From positions 1-56,444 of the IMG/VR virus record IMGVR_UViG_3300019360_000010: DNA of 56,444 nucleotides. The stretch is one strand, 5' to 3'. The translations under genes were made by a program, and so were the position numbers. The number at the start of each line of letters is the position of its first letter. The first letter of the stretch is position 1. Under the pieces are notes generated by a model that was not told the DNA's origin, searched no databases, and saw nothing but the letters and a program-made list of their open reading frames with translations. This document shows positions 53,176-56,444 of this stretch, one piece after another. Source of the stretch: a virus (lineage: Duplodnaviria; Caudoviricetes).

Positions 53176-53567
53176 ACGTCCTCGTCGCCGCCGTCCTCGC
53201 CGCCCTTCTTCTCCCCTGGTCCGCCCAGGGGACGGTCCGTGACCCGTGCTGGGAACGCCCGGCCCTCGACCCGCGCTGCGAGCGCCCGGGCGGCGGGGGA
53301 GGTGAGGCCGAGGGACCGGGTAGAGGCGCGGACCCGGGGTCGGCCGGTATCGGGTCCGGGAGTGACCAAGGGTCATCCTCCGGGGTCGGGAACGGACCGG
53401 GAACGGGCGGCTCCCCGGGGACCGGTGGCGGAGCGCCCGGAGGTTCGCCCGGAGGTGGCTCTTCGGGCGGCGGTATGTCCGGGCCGGGGCCAGGCGGCGG
53501 GTCACCTGGAGGCGGCTCTCCGGGCGGCGGCGGGCACGGTCACGGCGGGTCCGGCGGCAAGCACTAG
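53172..53567 (+). CDS. Gly-rich protein with signal peptide
   Basis: MNVLVAAVLAALLLPWSAQG|, Cys pair, then G/P/S repeats. Confidence 0.6.
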   Translation: MNVLVAAVLAALLLPWSAQGTVRDPCWERPALDPRCERPGGGGGEAEGPGRGADPGSAGIGSGSDQGSSSGVGNGPGTGGSPGTGGGAPGGSPGGGSSGGGMSGPGPGGGSPGGGSPGGGGHGHGGSGGKH

Positions 53568-53656
53568 GTTCGACCCGCGCCGGTCCGGTCGGCCGGTCTT
53601 GATGGAGCTCACGGGAGGTAGCGTCCGGCGTTCTAAGTCTCTCCCTAGCGAAGACT

Positions 53657-53692
53657 AAAGAGCCCGGCGACGCGCGTCACCGGGCTCTTTTT
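53657..53692. terminator. Bidirectional intrinsic terminator between the converging arms
   Basis: AAAGAGCCCGG...CCGGGCTCTTTTT. Confidence 0.8.
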
Positions 53693-53711
53693 GTCGGCGC
53701 GTCGATCGACG

Positions 53712-53807
53712 CTAGGTGAAGATGTAGATCAACATCACCGTGGTCAGTGCGGCGCTGAGGCTAGCGACTGCGCCGAAGAAGATCGTGATCGTCTGAAGGA
53801 ACGTCAT
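53712..53807 (-). CDS. 31-aa hydrophobic peptide (absent from ORF track)
   Basis: MTFLQTITIFFGAVASLSAALTTVMLIYIFT; ACGAAGGGAGAAC SD. Confidence 0.65.
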   Translation of the reverse strand: MTFLQTITIFFGAVASLSAALTTVMLIYIFT

Positions 53808-53838
53808 GCTCGGTTCTCCCTTCGTGTGATGAGGTTGA

Positions 53839-54210
53839 TCAGTTGGCGAGATAGGTGTCGTTGACTTTCCGGACCTGCTTGTTCTTGATGAGCTGCGCCA
53901 GCAACGCGTACAGCTGGCCCGTGCGATAGTCCGGCAGTTTCTTTTGGATCGCCGCGAACGTCAGCGGCGTCCGGATCGTCGTGAGGACCTTGTCGACGAA
54001 CTCGGTTCTCTTCAACCCGCGCAGGACCGGTCCGAGCGCCCTCTTTCCCTTGCTGGTCTTGCGCGTCGCGTCCTTCTGGATGATCGTCGCCAGTTCAGCC
54101 GGAAGGTGCTTGTAGCGGGCCCGGCCCATCACGTCGACGGTCACGATGAGGTAGTCGCCGGTAGCGAGCGTCAGCGGCTGTTCGATCTTCACGATCAACG
54201 CGTCGGTCAT
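53839..54210 (-). CDS. Early protein with C-terminal winged-helix-like domain
   Basis: ACGAAGGGAGAAC SD; PLTF..I...L......LY..L..L.....V....Y. Confidence 0.65.
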   Translation of the reverse strand: MTDALIVKIEQPLTLATGDYLIVTVDVMGRARYKHLPAELATIIQKDATRKTSKGKRALGPVLRGLKRTEFVDKVLTTIRTPLTFAAIQKKLPDYRTGQLYALLAQLIKNKQVRKVNDTYLAN

Positions 54211-54217
54211 AGTCGTT

Positions 54218-54299
54218 CTCCCTTCGTAACGGAGGGCCGGCCGGCCCTCCTGACTCCTCAAGCCCGTCCCCGGTTTCATCCGAGGTACGGGCTTGAGGG
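54218..54299 (-). ncRNA. Divergent third copy of the two-hairpin leader element
   Basis: Same architecture as 360-451 with compensatory substitutions. Confidence 0.65.
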
Positions 54300-54311
54300 T
54301 CCTTGAGCCGG

Positions 54312-55430
54312 TTATGCGGCCAGCAGGTCGCCGGCCTTACGCTCGAGCTGAACGCGGTCGTTGTTGTTCGGGACCGACCGCGCATACGCGGTGATCCCGG
54401 TGATCGCGTCCCAGCGCGTCTCGATCGGCCGTCCCTCGTCCGCGACGTGCGCGGCCTGGATCGCCACCGACTCCTTCTTCGTGAACCGGTTCGCGAGGAA
54501 CTCGTCGATGTCGTCGATCTTCGCCTTGCGCTGAGCCTCGATCGCGTCGATCACTGGCTTCTCCGATGCCGCCGCGTACTCGATGAGGACCGGCTCCACC
54601 TCCTCCAGCCAACGCGACGGAGCGCCGGAGGTGTGCCGGATGCGGACCTCGCGGAAGTGTTCGACGTTCCACACGATCCGGTTGCAGCACGTGTAGTCGA
54701 ACAGGAAGAACGACGCGCCGAGCGTGCTCGCGCCGACCTCCGAGTTCCAGACGAAGAAGCCGCGCGCGAACGTCCCCATCATCTGCGCGCGCCGGTTCGG
54801 CAGTTCGATCCGGTTCTTCTCGTCGGCGAGGAACACGAACATGTCTCGATCGGACGCGAACAACGTGGTGTTCGCGCTCGTGACCGTCACGTCCTTGCCG
54901 AACTCGCCGGGCACCTTCCAGTCGCCCGTCACGCCGTCGCCGAAACGATCGACCATCGCGTCTACGAGGTCGGCGTCCCAGATGCGGCCGTAGTTCGGTC
55001 CGGTCGCGGCGCGTAGCTCGTTGTTGTCGAGCTTGGTCAGGAGCACGCCGACCTCCTCGACCGACCGGTTGAACCTCAGACCGTAGTTGAGGCAGTCGGC
55101 CGCGATCGGCGCGGGGAGCGACCGGAGGTAGCCGCCGGGAGCGCCGGCGAGGTTCGCGATCTGACCGAACGAGTGGTGCGTGGTGACGAACGGCACGCCG
55201 TTCGGTCCGAACACCTCCAGTCCGGCGCGGAGGTCCGACGTGGCCGGCGCGAACGACAGCTTGCGGTTCGCCACGATCTTTGCGGAGGACGCTTCACGCA
55301 TCTTCTTCTTGAACGCCTGGAGGTCGGTCAGCGACGTAAAGCGCTGATCGGCCGGGCGGCTCATCCACTGCCGCGACGCCTCGTGCAGGTTGCGGGTCGG
55401 AGCGGCCGGCCGGTTCATGGACATCGTCAT
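54312..55430 (-). CDS. DUF932-like protein
   Basis: LRA.T...YGRI, SDRDMFVF, GF...NSEVG, C.N. Confidence 0.8.
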   Translation of the reverse strand: MTMSMNRPAAPTRNLHEASRQWMSRPADQRFTSLTDLQAFKKKMREASSAKIVANRKLSFAPATSDLRAGLEVFGPNGVPFVTTHHSFGQIANLAGAPGGYLRSLPAPIAADCLNYGLRFNRSVEEVGVLLTKLDNNELRAATGPNYGRIWDADLVDAMVDRFGDGVTGDWKVPGEFGKDVTVTSANTTLFASDRDMFVFLADEKNRIELPNRRAQMMGTFARGFFVWNSEVGASTLGASFFLFDYTCCNRIVWNVEHFREVRIRHTSGAPSRWLEEVEPVLIEYAAASEKPVIDAIEAQRKAKIDDIDEFLANRFTKKESVAIQAAHVADEGRPIETRWDAITGITAYARSVPNNNDRVQLERKAGDLLAA

Positions 55431-55438
55431 CGTAAGTA

Positions 55439-55530
55439 TCCCTTCGTGATATCGGAGGAACCACCTCGGCCCTCCTGACTCCTCGAGCCCGAGACCGGCT
55501 GCCGCCGATCGTCGGGCTCGAGGGAACGCG
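55439..55530 (-). repeat. 92-bp structured intergenic element, copy 2
   Basis: Identical to 360-451. Confidence 0.9.
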
Positions 55531-55539
55531 TATCAAGTT

Positions 55540-56444
55540 CTACTTGATATCGGTTGCGTATTTGCGGCCCTTGAGCCACGCCAGCGTCTCGGCGTTGCCG
55601 GCGTAGAACATCTTCGTTGCCACGGGGGCGCAGATCATGCCGGCGACGTTCGGCGACAGCGCGCGGATTTTCGGGTCCGTCGCGCAGACCTGGAGCCAGC
55701 CGGCGAGGCAATGCGAGGTTCCGCACACCGCTTCCTCGGCGCAACTGCGGCCCTCCCAGGAACCATCTTCGTGCCAGTAGTCCATCTCCAGCCGCTTTTC
55801 ATCGTCCAGGATGATCTCACGCACCCTGTCGAGATTGGCGACAGCCTGCTCGGGCGTGACCGGCAGGATGTCGAAGTTGGCGCGCGCGAGGTTGGCGCCC
55901 GCGAGGTTAGCGTGCGCGAGGTTGGCGCGCGCGAGGTTGGCGCCCGTGAGGTCGGCGTGCGTGAGGTTGGCGCGCGCGAGGTTGGCGCCCGTGAGGTCGG
56001 CATGCGTGAGGTTGGCGCGCGCGAGGTTGGCGCCCGTGAGGTCGGCGTGCGTGAGGTTGGCGCGCGCGAGGTAGGCGTTCGCGAGGTAGGCGTTCGCGAG
56101 GTTAGCGCCCGTGAGGTCGGCGCGCGCGAGGTCGGCATGCGTGAGGTTGGCGTTCGTGAGGTTGGCGTTCGCGAGGTTGGCGTTCGCGAGGTTGGCGTTC
56201 GCGAGGTAGGCGTTCGCGAGGTTGGCGCCCGCGAGGTTGGCGCCCGCGAGGTTAGCGCCCGCGAGGTAGGCGCCCGCGAGGTTGGCGCCCGCGAGGTTGG
56301 CGCCCGCGAGGTTGGCGCCCGCGAGGTTGGCGCCCGCGAGGTTGGCGCCCGCGAGGTAGGCGCCCGCGAGGTAGGCGCCCACGAGGTAGGCGTTCGCGAG
56401 GTAGGCGTTCGCGAGGTAGGCGTTCGCTTTGATCGCGAGCTTCA
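55540..56444 (-). CDS. Pentapeptide-repeat protein, repeat tract plus C-terminal CGT.HC.AGW domain
   Basis: A(N/Y/D)L(A/T)(G/N/H/R) repeats, then LEMDYWH...CGTSHCLAGW. Confidence 0.88.
   Translation of the reverse strand, partial: KLAIKANAYLANAYLANAYLVGAYLAGAYLAGANLAGANLAGANLAGANLAGANLAGAYLAGANLAGANLAGANLANAYLANANLANANLANANLTNANLTHADLARADLTGANLANAYLANAYLARANLTHADLTGANLARANLTHADLTGANLARANLTHADLTGANLARANLAHANLAGANLARANFDILPVTPEQAVANLDRVREIILDDEKRLEMDYWHEDGSWEGRSCAEEAVCGTSHCLAGWLQVCATDPKIRALSPNVAGMICAPVATKMFYAGNAETLAWLKGRKYATDIK

Noticed and set aside
54240-54300. Hammerhead ribozyme (GATGAAAC seen on the minus strand)
   Set aside because: No CUGANGA core, and the loop is not conserved in the other copies
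55870-56444. Diversity-generating retroelement
   Set aside because: No reverse transcriptase or separate template repeat seen; some variants are at non-A positions
1-56444. Integrase, repressor, tRNA, rRNA or IS elements
   Set aside because: None recognisable by eye; tRNAscan and HMM searches would be needed to exclude them formally

Overview
Near-complete ~56 kb GC-rich tailed dsDNA phage genome. The contig opens inside a 15-bp pentapeptide-repeat tract, and 56382-56444 re-reads 129-191. No integrase or repressor was recognised, so it is probably lytic; spanins and an O-antigen-ligase-like gene point to a Gram-negative host. The minus-strand arm (23.3 kb to 1, continuing 56.4 to 53.7 kb) carries early genes, a PolA/SNF2/UvrD/AEP-primase replication set and a cytosine-modification operon. 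That operon holds a dCMP deaminase, an Asp-type thymidylate-synthase homolog, a dNMP kinase fused to a UDG-like domain, a MazG-like NTPase, and an 870-aa C5-methyltransferase/T4-BGT-like glycosyltransferase fusion. An AT-rich iteron region (23.4-24.0 kb) separates the arms. The plus-strand arm opens with a NusG/RfaH paralog and an ops-like site, then an accessory block, a P22-like podovirus morphogenesis module and a lysis-type cassette with no recognisable endolysin. Best candidates for new biology: (1) the C5-MTase has Arg in place of the motif-X Asn and an altered motif I, predicting carboxymethyl rather than methyl transfer, coupled to a glycosyltransferase; (2) several tail-fibre-type proteins carry Sec-type signal peptides in the same operon as a Wzy_C ligase/O-OTase-like gene, suggesting periplasmic maturation or glycosylation of virion parts; (3) covarying structured RNA elements lie in early leaders and upstream of the capsid gene. 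All family calls are from motif recognition by eye, with no database searches.
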